Shown piece after piece: positions 21,122 to 32,908 of a stretch of DNA of 64,000 nt. The stretch's first letter is position 1. Every line of letters begins with the position of its first letter. The DNA comes from Candidatus Latescibacterota bacterium. Its GTDB lineage: Bacteria; Latescibacterota; UBA2968; SICM01. The stretch lies in contig CBDCJO010000002.1 in the NCBI GenBank assembly GCA_965217865.1, forward strand, positions 96,001 through 160,000, written 5' to 3'. Below the pieces are notes generated by a model. That model saw only the letters and a program-made list of their open reading frames with translations, ran no database searches and was not told the origin of the DNA. A program made the position numbers and the translations under genes.

Positions 21122-22486
21122 ATGGAAAGCCTATCCACAGATGCCCAGCTAGTCGCCGCCGCACTCTCTGGCAGCCTTTATGCATTCGAAGCCTTGGTGG
21201 TACGCCATCAGGACCGCCTCTACTTGCAGGCGCTGAGTTATGTGCACACTAAGGAAGAGGCACAGGATGCTCTTCAGGACGCATTCTTGAAGGCCTTAAA
21301 CCAGCTTGAGACTCTGAAGGAGCACTCTCGATTCTCATCCTGGGTGGGGCAGATACTTCGCAACATCTGCCTCAACAGGTTGAGGGACAATCGCCGCCAC
21401 CAAGCCGTGGCGAAGTCGGTTGTCGAGGTGACGGATCTCGGAGAACATCCAGAGCAGCCCGTTATCCGGAATGCAGTGTTCCAGAAACTGTTTTCAAGGC
21501 TTTCTGTGAAAAGCGTCCAGGCACTTACACTGCATTATCTGGAAGGGTATTCGATTCAGGATGTGGCTCTTCTGGTACGAACGACCCCTGCAAGTGTGAA
21601 ACAGCGGCTATACAGGGCGCGCAGGCAGCTTCAGGAGGAGGTCACTCGCATGGCAAGAGATGACAAGAGCAAGCATGATCTGCCCGAAGGATTCACAGCA
21701 CGGACCATTGTCCGACTCTTGGAACAGGGCAAGAGGGATCGATTGTATATGAGGATGGATGAGGCGCGCGCACGCTTCAGAGAAGCACTGGAGGTGTCCC
21801 CGGACTATCCTGAGGCATTGATGGAGCTCGGACGGACATATGACCCGATAAAGGGCCCCTCCGAGGAAGAGGCGGCAACCCTTCAACGAGCCGCGAAAGC
21901 GGCGCCGGACTCCATCGATGTTGCGTTCGAGCTTACCGCTGTATGGGCGGGCGACCAGCAAAAGCAGGCCACGGCAATCGAGAAATGCCTGGAGCTGTGT
22001 AGTCTGCGGCTTGCGAAGGACCCCGATGACATGGTTGCCCTCACTGCCAAGGCGCAGATGTTTTTGTGGAAACGCGACTTTTTTGAAGAGATGGAGAAAG
22101 TTGCCCGCCATGCCGTCACTGTGGCCCCTAAAGACCAGCAGTGCCTGAACTACCTCGCTTTGTCACTGGCTCGACAGAACCGGTGGGATGAGGCCTATCC
22201 GGTGTATGAGACCATGTACGGACTAGACCAAAAGACCGTATGGGCCTATGTCGCACTTCGGCAAATGGGGTCCTATCTGGCATTCCACAGGGGTGATTGG
22301 GACAGGGCCGTGGGCGTGCAGGAGAAGGTGTGGGACCTCACTGGGAGACCAAACGAGGCTGGCAACCTTATCTATTTCTATGGACGGGCCGGGATGCTGG
22401 AAAAGGCCGAAGCGCTATTTAATAAGGTCAAAGATCACCGCCATCCGGCGAGGGTTTACGAGGTCGTTGGGAAAGAGGCATTTTGA
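21122..22486 (+). CDS. ECF sigma-70 factor with TPR-repeat C-terminal extension
   Basis: AQDALQDAFLKA, FSSWVGQILRN (region 2), YSIQDVA...SVKQRLYRAR (region 4), then TPR-like helices. Confidence 0.85.
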   Translation: MESLSTDAQLVAAALSGSLYAFEALVVRHQDRLYLQALSYVHTKEEAQDALQDAFLKALNQLETLKEHSRFSSWVGQILRNICLNRLRDNRRHQAVAKSVVEVTDLGEHPEQPVIRNAVFQKLFSRLSVKSVQALTLHYLEGYSIQDVALLVRTTPASVKQRLYRARRQLQEEVTRMARDDKSKHDLPEGFTARTIVRLLEQGKRDRLYMRMDEARARFREALEVSPDYPEALMELGRTYDPIKGPSEEEAATLQRAAKAAPDSIDVAFELTAVWAGDQQKQATAIEKCLELCSLRLAKDPDDMVALTAKAQMFLWKRDFFEEMEKVARHAVTVAPKDQQCLNYLALSLARQNRWDEAYPVYETMYGLDQKTVWAYVALRQMGSYLAFHRGDWDRAVGVQEKVWDLTGRPNEAGNLIYFYGRAGMLEKAEALFNKVKDHRHPARVYEVVGKEAF

Positions 22487-22556
22487 ATGCTCCGCAACCG
22501 TGTGCCTAAAAATTTCTTCTGTGGTTACGATTTGGCCAACGCCGTCTAACACATCC

Positions 22557-22735
22557 TGACCTGTTTGGGGATTGTGGACACACCAAGAGGTAGTATATTT
22601 TGTAGGTATAGGAGGTGTGTCTATGAAAGGTCAAGGAGCTTCACATCCGGGAAAGCGGTATGATTCTGAGTTCAAGAGAGAGTCGGTGCGTCTGGCTGAC
22701 ACCAGTGGAAAGACGGACCGGCAGATAGAACGGGA
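22557..22735 (+). mobile_element. IS3-family left end plus orfA start
   Basis: TGACCTG...GTGGACAC IRL; KRYDSEFKRESVRL. Confidence 0.7.
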
Positions 22736-23039
22736 CCAGGAATCGGCTAGGCGCCACGAACGCGCCTAGACCGAACCGCCATCGGCGGATTGCTCCCGGA
22801 CTCCCTGGGTCATATCAATATCTGCGTGGTCTGGATGGGCCGGCAAGGGGAAAGGGCTACCTGTGGGAAGCGTTCTTCTCTGCATGGGATAGCTACCTGG
22901 AGGACGACTCGGACGATGTTTCCAAGCCGAACGCGCACATATCTCCCCCTTCAAAGCGTGACATGGATGGTACGATGTCACGCTTTGAACGTCATGTAAG
23001 TCCTTGTAAACAAAAGAATGTCACGGTGTCACGCTTTGA

Positions 23040-23184
23040 TCCCCCCAACACTGCGGCGACATCTACGGAGGATGACATCGAGGCGTTCGATGAACGCGCG
23101 GGGATCATGGAGCATGAGGGTGGAATGACTCGCGAGGAAGCCGAAGCTCGGGCTCTCGAGATGCTCGACCCCGATCACGAGTGA
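23040..23184 (+). pseudogene. Phage-like small protein C-terminal fragment
   Basis: EAFDERAGIMEHEGGMTREEAE motif common in prophage proteins. Confidence 0.45.
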
Positions 23185-23686
23185 GGTCCCGGGCCGCAAA
23201 TCCACGGGACCGGGACCTTCTCACTTCGCCCACGTGCCGTCTGTGCCGTGCCGCCCGTTTTGTGGAGGTCGCGTCCCCCTTTTCCCGGATTCAGAAAGAA
23301 TAGTCGCATAACGGGCCGGATCTGTGCCCTCAACGCTGTCTCGAGCTCGCCACTGACCCACGCCAGAAATCTCCCAACGGAATCAAATTCCACAAGTTGT
23401 CATCCCTCAATCGCCATGAGACACCCTGCGCCCTCAAAATCTGGCGATCTGTTTCCCGGAGAAGGACTTGAAAGGCCGGAGGCGGTCGCCACTGTCCCAA
23501 CGCCATAGTCCCACACGGACAGACGGCAAATTGGGGGCGACAGCCGAGCCCCCACTGGAGTTCGGGGTTCCATGCCCAGGCGCATATCTTGAACTGCTGC
23601 GCGTTCACAACCCCGCGCCGCCACACCGATGATTTCATCAAGCAACCCTCCCTCTCCCGCTCCAGGGCCAGGACATCGGCGCGGAA

Positions 23687-24050
23687 GTTATGACTGACGA
23701 ACAGAGAATGGTTCCGGGGAGAGGATCATATGGGGAGCCAGATTCCCATCCGCCAACTTCGGCGGTCGTCCGTTAACGCAAGACCCCGTGGGGCAACCCT
23801 CCGGGGTCTTGTCGTTTCTGCCGTATTTACAAACACTTGGGCCACCTCCCCCTCTCTCTGCCGGTTCTCTGTTTCGAAGCGTTCCCCCGGTATTCGAGTA
23901 CAACCGTGGGGACTGCATCCGCTGAGCAGAGATATCTCCTCTGGATTCTCTGATTCTCTGTTTTTCCCGTCGGCCTTGTTTAACAGCCCGGTTGCATCCG
24001 GGCGGACGGTTTCGACGTTTTGGAAGGTCCTCCGGTACGTATCTGCTGGA
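23687..24050. repeat. Dispersed repeat: partial arm B + core (23731-23739) + arm C
   Basis: Matches 37425-37768 and 3735-4030. Confidence 0.85.
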
Positions 24051-24504
24051 AGTCGGGGGTCGGCCCGGTGGGTCCGGTCACAGCTTACGGCAACTCACCG
24101 GACAGCGAAGCGGCCATGCGCCCGGAATCGTAGCCAGCGCAAGCCCCCCAGTCCACCTGCCCAGGGCGATGCCTTTCAAGCAGCGGTGGTGGCGATTTTC
24201 GCAAGGCCTGTTAAAAGGCGCGTCGGTTCCTCCCGTCAACAGGAAATACGGGCGACCCTGGCAAGGGGGGGGGGGGTAAAAGTGTTCAGTGATCGACTTT
24301 GTGAAACCGCAAGATCGGTTCGAGTCCGTTCGGATGAGAGGATGGGAGAATGTACACAGGCGTCTGACCGAGATGGGAAATTCTGCGGACACGATCCTGC
24401 GTTCCAACTTTCTCAAGGAGGAGATAAAACGCCTGCGTCGGTGGTCGACGATTCGTCCCGACGACTGTTCTGCGATTGATGAAGATGGGCAAAGGGAGGA
24501 TCTC

Positions 24505-24692
24505 GTTTAACAGCCCGGTTGCATCCGGGCGGCCGGTTTCGACGTTTGGGAACGTCTTCCGGTATCCGCTGGAAGCGGCCCGTGCGCCCAGAGTCCGTTG
24601 TGGATGCCGCCGCGGGATTCAAGAGTTGACCGGATACGCCAATTGTCATATATTTTCCGCAGTGTCTGTCTGGTTTCCCTTGAAGAGAGATT
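24505..24692. repeat. Distal arm C remnant plus satellite block
   Basis: TTTAACAGCCCGGTTGCATCC... and CGGGATTCAAGAGTTGACCGGATACGCC...GAAGAGAGATTG, also at about 4100-4180. Confidence 0.75.
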
Positions 24693-24910
24693 GGTCGAAG
24701 GCGGCTGCTGAAGAAGGTCGGGCCGGTATCGTTGGAGGTCGCTGCCGTCACGCGCAACGAGATTCTGTACTCCCTGAACAAGCCCGAGGACTTCATCCTC
24801 GGGATCGTGGAGTTTCTGGACGACGGCCGGCATCAGGTCCACTACGTTCGTGAACCCTTTCAGCGCGAGCCGGATTTTGGAGTGACAAGCGTCAACTACG
24901 ATTTATTACG
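24693..24910 (+). pseudogene. DUF3883 C-terminal fragment of an SNF2-type defence helicase
   Basis: VTRNEILYSLNKPEDFILGIVEF...PFQREPDFGVTSVNY. Confidence 0.7.
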
Positions 24911-25028
24911 CAAGACGACGAACGGCTGTTGTACGTCGAGGTGCGTCGACTGGCGCAGGTAATGACCCCGAACAAAAAGTAGTGGAGGGGGGGTCATCCA
25001 CGCGACGTGATCTATTGCTCGGAGATCT

Positions 25029-26291
25029 ATGAGACCCGGCGACGCTGCCGGTCTTGTTGGTGGGGAGGTTATGGACGAGACACGCGGCGATCTGCCGCGA
25101 CCCGAGACGCCTAAGGACGGAGAAGACTGGCTCACTCTCCGAGAACGGGAAACGGCCGGGGAGCTTCGGCTCCTAGATCCCCACCTCGCGGGCCTATACG
25201 AACGCGGGCTCGCGCTGGCACGTCAGATCGATCAGCCTGGAAACGCCTATCTAGTCGCTCACGCTGGGCGTGAGCTTTCACGCGGGGTCCTGCAACTCCT
25301 GTTGAGGGATGAGGGTCTGGAGGTTGCTGCCGAAGACCTTGAGAGCGTGTCTTCGAACGAACGCAACCGACCGCGCATCGCAGAGGCTCTGGGGCTGGAG
25401 ACTGATGACCCGCGTGTTGATGAGTGGTTGCACCTCGTAAGACAATTCTCAAGTGCTGCCCACTGGCGATTCGGTGGCCCGCAGGCGATCGCTGTGCGCG
25501 AAGCTATTGAGAGATTCACCAGCTTGTTGTACGGCCGCGTGGCGCCGTACTACGTAACCGAGGCCGAGTTGGACGAGCTACTCAAGGTCGAGACCCCCAA
25601 CAGTCAACACGCGAAGCGACTCCGTGACCTTCAGCTCCGTCATGGACAGCGGAACTACTTCTTCCAACAGCTAAGAAATCCGGGGTGGGTGAAGTACCTC
25701 GCGGCCGAGGGCTTCTTCACGAGCCCGCCAGGCCGGCAGCAGAACGCTGATGGCTCGTGGAGCCCCAAGCCATGGCCTGAAGGCAATTACCTCGTGTTAG
25801 CTGCAGCTGATGAACCGGCGGCAGTGCTGGAAACTTTGAATTCAATTCCTTTGACGAACGATAACCCCTTCGTGTGGGATGTCGTGGCTAAGGCCAGCCG
25901 CCATCTTCCTCCCGGTCTGGCCGCATGCATTGTTCCAACTCTAACGAACGCCCTCAAGACTGTACCGGCAACATCGGCGAGGATCTTCAGTGAGAGCGTG
26001 GTGGATCTTCTGGTCTGGCTCGCCGAGACGGAACAGATAGAGGCGGCATTCGACCTCGCAACTTATCTCCTCCGAGTCGCGTGTCCGAGTGAGACGGAGG
26101 AAATGGAAGGACTATCCTTCCGTGTGCGGACCCACTGGGTTTTCCCGCGTTTCGGCTGGCACGACTACGCTGAGCTCCTAGGACGCCTCGTGGATGCGCT
26201 CGAAGCTCTAGATGCTACAAGAACTCTGGCGTTCCTGCTATCGAAGGTCCGGGGCGTGCAAAGGCTTACTGACCAGCTAGCAGCCTGTTGA
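25029..26291 (+). CDS. Hypothetical helical protein, truncated by an IS end
   Basis: Long ORF with YFFQQLRNPGW...EGFF, WPEGNYL; stop supplied by the IS at 26281. Confidence 0.55.
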   Translation: MRPGDAAGLVGGEVMDETRGDLPRPETPKDGEDWLTLRERETAGELRLLDPHLAGLYERGLALARQIDQPGNAYLVAHAGRELSRGVLQLLLRDEGLEVAAEDLESVSSNERNRPRIAEALGLETDDPRVDEWLHLVRQFSSAAHWRFGGPQAIAVREAIERFTSLLYGRVAPYYVTEAELDELLKVETPNSQHAKRLRDLQLRHGQRNYFFQQLRNPGWVKYLAAEGFFTSPPGRQQNADGSWSPKPWPEGNYLVLAAADEPAAVLETLNSIPLTNDNPFVWDVVAKASRHLPPGLAACIVPTLTNALKTVPATSARIFSESVVDLLVWLAETEQIEAAFDLATYLLRVACPSETEEMEGLSFRVRTHWVFPRFGWHDYAELLGRLVDALEALDATRTLAFLLSKVRGVQRLTDQLAAC

Positions 26292-26582
26292 AAAAGTGCA
26301 TTTATGCCAAGATGACTGTTGTCTTTCCTTGTGGTTTGGTCCTATGATATATCAGGTTCAAACTGAGAAGGGAGGACGAGCAAATGGCAATGGGAAAACG
26401 AGGCCGACAGAGACAGGAAAACCTGTTCATCGCATCGAACACTTTGGTGAAATCTCCGGGTCATCCGTTCTACGAGAAGCTGAATCAGGTATTGGGGGCG
26501 AACGGGTTCGACGAGTTCGTCGAAGGGCTTTGCCAGCGGTATTACGCTCCTCATATGGGTCGCAAGGGCATTCCGCCCGGGT
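26281..26582 (+). mobile_element. IS1182/IS5-type left end plus transposase N-terminus
   Basis: CAGCCTGTTGAAAAAG end; MAMGKR...RQENLFI...PGHPFYEKLN...GRKGIPPG. Confidence 0.75.
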
Positions 26583-26654
26583 CCACTTCCTCTCTCCCCT
26601 ACAGTCAAAACTGTGCCCTACAAGAGACCACAGCATCCCATTTTAGGAGAGGTC

Positions 26655-26808
26655 GATGGCTAATCGCGGTCTGGTACAACCCCCATCGGCGACACTCAGC
26701 ACTCGGATATCTCTCTCAAATGAACTTCGAGAAGACCTCCAGCGCTGTCGCCCTTGCAGCCGACTGAATCGCAACTGATAAACCGTCCGCTAAACCGGGG
26801 TAACTCCA
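26655..26808 (+). mobile_element. IS3-family right-end fragment
   Basis: WYNPHRRHSALGYLS; IRR CCGTCCGCTAAACCGGGGTAACTCCA. Confidence 0.75.
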
Positions 26809-26870
26809 TGAGAGAGGCGAACGCCAATGGCGTTGAAACTGCGGCGACAGCCTGAGGGATTACGAAGTAA

Positions 26871-28484
<1,614 letters not shown>

Positions 28485-28559
28485 GAAAACAAGCAGTATC
28501 CACCTTAGGATCAACAACCGTATGTGGTGTAGCAAAATGATTGCTGAGGGTCACTACCT

Positions 28560-29576
28560 GTGAACACTGCAACGCAGAAATATCTTGCCGCCCTGAAGGC
28601 CGACTACAAGTCGGTCACCGGCCAAACTTGGAGTCATTTCTTTTGTCCGATTCTCCATCAAGACGAGGACACAGAATTGTGTCGCGCCCACGTGATTAAT
28701 AAATCTTTCCGGAATTCCGACCGTGCGTGGACCATCCAGCGGGCGGATGTCGATTCTTTTTACGGCACCTTGATGGAAGAAGAATTCTCGGCCCTGCAGG
28801 AGAAAGACCATCAACAACATCATGGTGAGTTGGGCGTAGTGGTTGACCAGAATCTTCATCGAAAACTCAACCCGGTGATCAAACGGGATGGTGAAGTCGT
28901 AGGTCACTACATACCCCAAGGCCCAGTCCCGAAAGAGCACTCAGAGATTTGGCTGGTTAGCCCGGACAAACTTAGCCGCTTGGCACTGAAGATTTCTCCA
29001 GACCAAATCCAAGAGGCCAGCAACTGGGAGGTAGGCATTAATAAGATGTTTCCTCTGCAGGCACTCGCGTCACTACTCAAAGCCGCACACCTAACGCTAT
29101 TTCACCTCCTTGGATACCGATATGCCTTATCAGGTAGTGGTTTCTTTCTCGGCATGGACGTGTTGGGTCGTTTCTTTCTTGATTCTCGTCATATGGAACG
29201 GAAGCGTGCCCTTGAGCGTGCATATTCCCACTTCGGGAAATTCGCAAACTTGGTTCGTCCAATCCTCTCAAGGCCGTTGACTTTCCAAGGCACGTTGACG
29301 GATGACCTTCTCTATCTTTGCATGAGCGGCGATGAGCCGTGGGCCTGTATAGTTTTTGTCCGCACCGGAAACCACATGCACGGAGTTGTTGTACCTACCT
29401 TGGACAACAGCAGAAATTCCGACCGATTCGTTCATTTTTGCAGGACGCCACATCAGACGCTGAAGGTGAGACTTGCTCGATGGATGGGAGGTGTCTGGGA
29501 GATTTCCCCCAATTGTAAAATTCTTGAATGGCCCGAGGCGCAGCTTGATGCCGCCATCAGTTTGGGAGCCAAGTAG
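28560..29576 (+). CDS. Hypothetical protein with degenerate HNH-like N-terminus
   Basis: FFCPIL...ELCRAHVINKSF...QRADVDSFYG. Confidence 0.55.
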   Translation: MNTATQKYLAALKADYKSVTGQTWSHFFCPILHQDEDTELCRAHVINKSFRNSDRAWTIQRADVDSFYGTLMEEEFSALQEKDHQQHHGELGVVVDQNLHRKLNPVIKRDGEVVGHYIPQGPVPKEHSEIWLVSPDKLSRLALKISPDQIQEASNWEVGINKMFPLQALASLLKAAHLTLFHLLGYRYALSGSGFFLGMDVLGRFFLDSRHMERKRALERAYSHFGKFANLVRPILSRPLTFQGTLTDDLLYLCMSGDEPWACIVFVRTGNHMHGVVVPTLDNSRNSDRFVHFCRTPHQTLKVRLARWMGGVWEISPNCKILEWPEAQLDAAISLGAK

Positions 29577-29577
29577 C

Positions 29578-30000
29578 ATGAGCATTAATACGGATTTCCT
29601 CAGACGTTGCCTAGACACGCTGGAACGCGCCTTGAGTGAACTCAAGCGTAGCGACCCGGATAGCATTGCCTATGACATCTACCGAGCGGCCTGCGTCAAA
29701 GAGTTTGAAATCGTCCTGGAGCAGAGCGGTAAGTTGCTGAGGAAGCGACTCGGCGCCTATTTCGCCAGCAACCGTCAGGCGGATCGTCTGGCCTTCAAGG
29801 ATCTTTTCCGGCACACCGCCAAACATGGCCTGATCGACCCGGACACATGCGAGCGCTGGCTGAAGTACCGCGACAATCGCAACGACACCGCACACGACTA
29901 TGGCGAAGGCTTCGCTGAAACCACGCTCAAGCTGTTGCCCGACTTTATCGCCGATGCCGAGGCGCTTGCCGGGGTGATCGAAGAGGCGGACGATGACTGA
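29578..30000 (+). CDS. HEPN RNase (HI0074 / HepT-like)
   Basis: ACVKEFEIVLEQSGKLL helix and intact R-X4-H-X-Y motif RNDTAHDY; ATG 1 nt after the upstream stop. Confidence 0.85.
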   Translation: MSINTDFLRRCLDTLERALSELKRSDPDSIAYDIYRAACVKEFEIVLEQSGKLLRKRLGAYFASNRQADRLAFKDLFRHTAKHGLIDPDTCERWLKYRDNRNDTAHDYGEGFAETTLKLLPDFIADAEALAGVIEEADDD

Positions 30001-31642
30001 AGGGCTGCATCTTTCGCTGAGGCACCGCGAGAAGATCAAGGCGTTGTTGCGCAAGCATCTGCCTGGCGTCGAAGTGTGGGCTTATGGCAGCCGCGTCAAT
30101 GGCCGAAGCCATGACGGCAGCGATCTCGACTTGGTGCTGCGCGACCCAGAACTTGCCGAGATCGACGCATCGCGGCTGGCCGAGTTCACGAAAGCGCTTC
30201 GGGAATCCACCGTTCCCTTTCTGATAGAAGCGCGCGACTGGGCGCGCCTGCCGGAGAGTTTCCGCCGGGAGATCGAGCGCGAACATGTGGTAATGGTGGG
30301 GGCTGAACAGGACAGCGGGCCAGAAGAGATTGAAAAGAAGGACGCAGTCGGTGATTGGTCCAATATGCCATTCAGTGATGCGGTGCTGGTCAATCCGCCT
30401 GTGCCCCTCGAACGTGGCAAGACCTATCCGTTTGTTGAGATGGTTGCCGTAAATGCGGAATCTCGGTCTGCATATTCATCGGATAAACGCGACTTTCGCG
30501 GTGGAGGGTCCAGATTCGAAAACGGCGACACACTCATGGCGCGTATTACGCCTTGCCTTGAGAACGGGAAGGTAGCCCGCTACCGCACATGTAGCAGTCC
30601 CGGAAGCGCCGCACACGGCTCGACGGAATTCATCGTTATCCGCGGACGTCCGGGCGTCACAGATCCAGCGTTCTCCTACTATCTGACGCAGTGGGAGGAA
30701 GTGCGCAACTACGCAATTGGTCAGATGACTGGTACATCTGGGCGTCAAAGAGTCCCAACAGAGTCTCTGGACCACCTCACGGTCTCGATACCGTCCCTCC
30801 CCGAGCAATGCGCCATCGCGCACATCCTGGGCACGCTGGACGACAAGATCGAGTTGAACCGGCGCATGAACGAGACGCTGGAGGCGATGGCCCGGGCGCT
30901 GTTCAAGTCCTGGTTCGTCGATTTCGACCCCGTTCGGGCGAAGATGAAAGGCCATGATACGGGGCTGCCGCAAGAGATCGCCGACCTTTTTGCCGATCGG
31001 ATGGTGGAGTCCGAGTTAGGTGAGATTCCGGAGGGGTGGAGGGTTGCCGATATCGAGAGCCTCTGCGTATCAATCACAAGCGGGGGGACGCCCGCTCGAA
31101 AGGATCCAATCTTTTGGAAGCGCGGTGCGATTCCTTGGTACAAAACAGGCGAACTCCTTGATGGCCCACTCATTGACTCCGAGGAATATATCACTGAGAC
31201 AGCAATCAGCAACTCGTCAACCAAGCTGTGGCCTGCTGGGACAATTTTGTTTGCTCTGTACGCATCGCCAACAGTGGGGAGGCTGGGAGTGCTTGCAAAG
31301 CCAGGAACAGCAAACCAAGCAGTGGCTGGCCTTATCGTAAAGTCGGCGTATGGTGTGCCTTTTCTCAGACGCATGCTTATTGAGGCAAGAGGTTTCTTAA
31401 GGGCTATTGCGGTTGGAGCAGCACAGCAGAACATCAACCAGAGGATCCTCAAAACGCATCGGCTCATTGTCCCCAAAATTGCCGTCGCTGGGGCATATTC
31501 TCGATTGATGGCAACGTGCGACGAACAGCAAGTCGTAATAGCGGAAGAATCCCGCACCCTAGCCGGCCTGCGAGATGCACTGCTGCCGAAGTTAGTTTCG
31601 GGTGAGTTGCGAATGGACGAAGAAAATGCCAAGGACATATAA
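29993..31642 (+). CDS. hsdS: MNT nucleotidyltransferase fused to type I RM specificity subunit
   Basis: N-terminal about 100 aa with YGSRVNGRSHDGSDLDL (GS-X10-DXD), acidic linker, TRD1, LDDKIELNRRMNETLE spacer, TRD2 (SGGTP), LRDALLPKLVSGEL. Confidence 0.9.
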   Translation: MTEGLHLSLRHREKIKALLRKHLPGVEVWAYGSRVNGRSHDGSDLDLVLRDPELAEIDASRLAEFTKALRESTVPFLIEARDWARLPESFRREIEREHVVMVGAEQDSGPEEIEKKDAVGDWSNMPFSDAVLVNPPVPLERGKTYPFVEMVAVNAESRSAYSSDKRDFRGGGSRFENGDTLMARITPCLENGKVARYRTCSSPGSAAHGSTEFIVIRGRPGVTDPAFSYYLTQWEEVRNYAIGQMTGTSGRQRVPTESLDHLTVSIPSLPEQCAIAHILGTLDDKIELNRRMNETLEAMARALFKSWFVDFDPVRAKMKGHDTGLPQEIADLFADRMVESELGEIPEGWRVADIESLCVSITSGGTPARKDPIFWKRGAIPWYKTGELLDGPLIDSEEYITETAISNSSTKLWPAGTILFALYASPTVGRLGVLAKPGTANQAVAGLIVKSAYGVPFLRRMLIEARGFLRAIAVGAAQQNINQRILKTHRLIVPKIAVAGAYSRLMATCDEQQVVIAEESRTLAGLRDALLPKLVSGELRMDEENAKDI

Positions 31643-32870
31643 ACCGCAAGGCCGCCGCGAGGTTAAGCCGCACTGTGCTCTCTGCAATACTCCACTTAAC
31701 GAGGCTAATGGAAGTAAAGAACACGTCATTCCAAACGCCCTTGGCGGACGCAAAGCGATCCGAAAATTTATATGTAAACAGTGCAACAATACTACCGGAG
31801 CAACTTGGGATAATGAGCTTGCCGCCCAGCTACAACCCCTATGCACTATGTTGAATATCCGGAGATTTCGAGGAAGAAATCAGCCAGTTACAATCGAAAC
31901 TGTCAAGAATGAGAAATTTTTGATGCGTCCTGATGGATCACTGACGATACCAAAAACAGTTTTATCGGAACAAAATCTCGGTGATGATCTAACTCAATTA
32001 AAAATTCGAGTCAGATCAATTCAAGAACTTAAAAAAATGATGCCCGGCTTAAAGAGAAAATACCCGAAACTTGACATCAACAAAGTCATAGGGCAAGCGG
32101 CCTCAGGATTGTCAGAAAAAGAGTATTCTCAAGATCCCTGGTCTGTGTCACTTCAAATCGGAGGAAATCTGGCCGGTCGGTCAATCGTCAAATCGTGTCT
32201 TGCGCTTGCGTATGAGGCTGGTCTCCACGTTAAAGACTGCGAACATGCAAAAAGCTATCTTGTGTCGAACGGAGAACCTTGTTTCGGATACTACAATGAA
32301 ACGGATGTCGTTACTAACCGTCCCGCAAGAGTATTCTTCCATTGCATTTTCGTCTGCGGTGATCCGTCGTCCAGGCAGATATTAGGTTATGCGGAGTATT
32401 TTGGTTATCAAAGAATAGTAGCTTGCCTATCAAGTAACTACGATGGTGATCGATTTTCCTGCTGCTACGCAATTGATCCTGTCACGGGCCGGAAACTAAA
32501 TATTGATGTTCACTTGAATTTTACGCCGGAAGATATCAGCGCAATATATGCCTATGAGAAGGTGGGCAATGACAAGACGCGGACGGCCTTATCTTCTTTG
32601 CTGAGAACCTGCAGGGAACGCTCGACGAAGGCTTCGATCGCTCATGCCGTCGAAGACGCGATGGAGTTCGCCTCATCGAATTGTGGCGTTCAGCCGGGGG
32701 AGATGCTTTCTGACGAACAAGTAGAGAACCTAATTGGCTTGGTGCAGAGTCGACTTGAACCTTTTATGCGTCATCTTTATTTCAGCCGTACATTCAGCCC
32801 CGAGGACTTGCAGAACATCGCGATCAAATCGGGATATTTGAGCCGAAGTAATGAGATCAAAGGCGGCTGA
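31626..32870 (+). CDS. HNH endonuclease-domain protein
   Basis: CALC...SKEHVIPNALGG...ICKQCNN; overlaps the hsdS stop; lower GC than its neighbours. Confidence 0.8.
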   Translation: MPRTYKPQGRREVKPHCALCNTPLNEANGSKEHVIPNALGGRKAIRKFICKQCNNTTGATWDNELAAQLQPLCTMLNIRRFRGRNQPVTIETVKNEKFLMRPDGSLTIPKTVLSEQNLGDDLTQLKIRVRSIQELKKMMPGLKRKYPKLDINKVIGQAASGLSEKEYSQDPWSVSLQIGGNLAGRSIVKSCLALAYEAGLHVKDCEHAKSYLVSNGEPCFGYYNETDVVTNRPARVFFHCIFVCGDPSSRQILGYAEYFGYQRIVACLSSNYDGDRFSCCYAIDPVTGRKLNIDVHLNFTPEDISAIYAYEKVGNDKTRTALSSLLRTCRERSTKASIAHAVEDAMEFASSNCGVQPGEMLSDEQVENLIGLVQSRLEPFMRHLYFSRTFSPEDLQNIAIKSGYLSRSNEIKGG

Positions 32871-32908
32871 TACACACGGCACATTCGATCTCTTATCGAG
32901 GGCAGTGA

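Noticed and set aside
24265-24276. G12 tract as a phase-variation switch
   Set aside because: It lies in an unidentifiable fragment with no intact gene to switch
23730-24479. ORFs spanning the dispersed repeat (also 3719-4228 and 37199-37825)
   Set aside because: Frames are not conserved between copies; treated as non-coding
26384-26767. 127-aa transposase ORF
   Set aside because: Chimera of an IS1182-type start and an IS3 end
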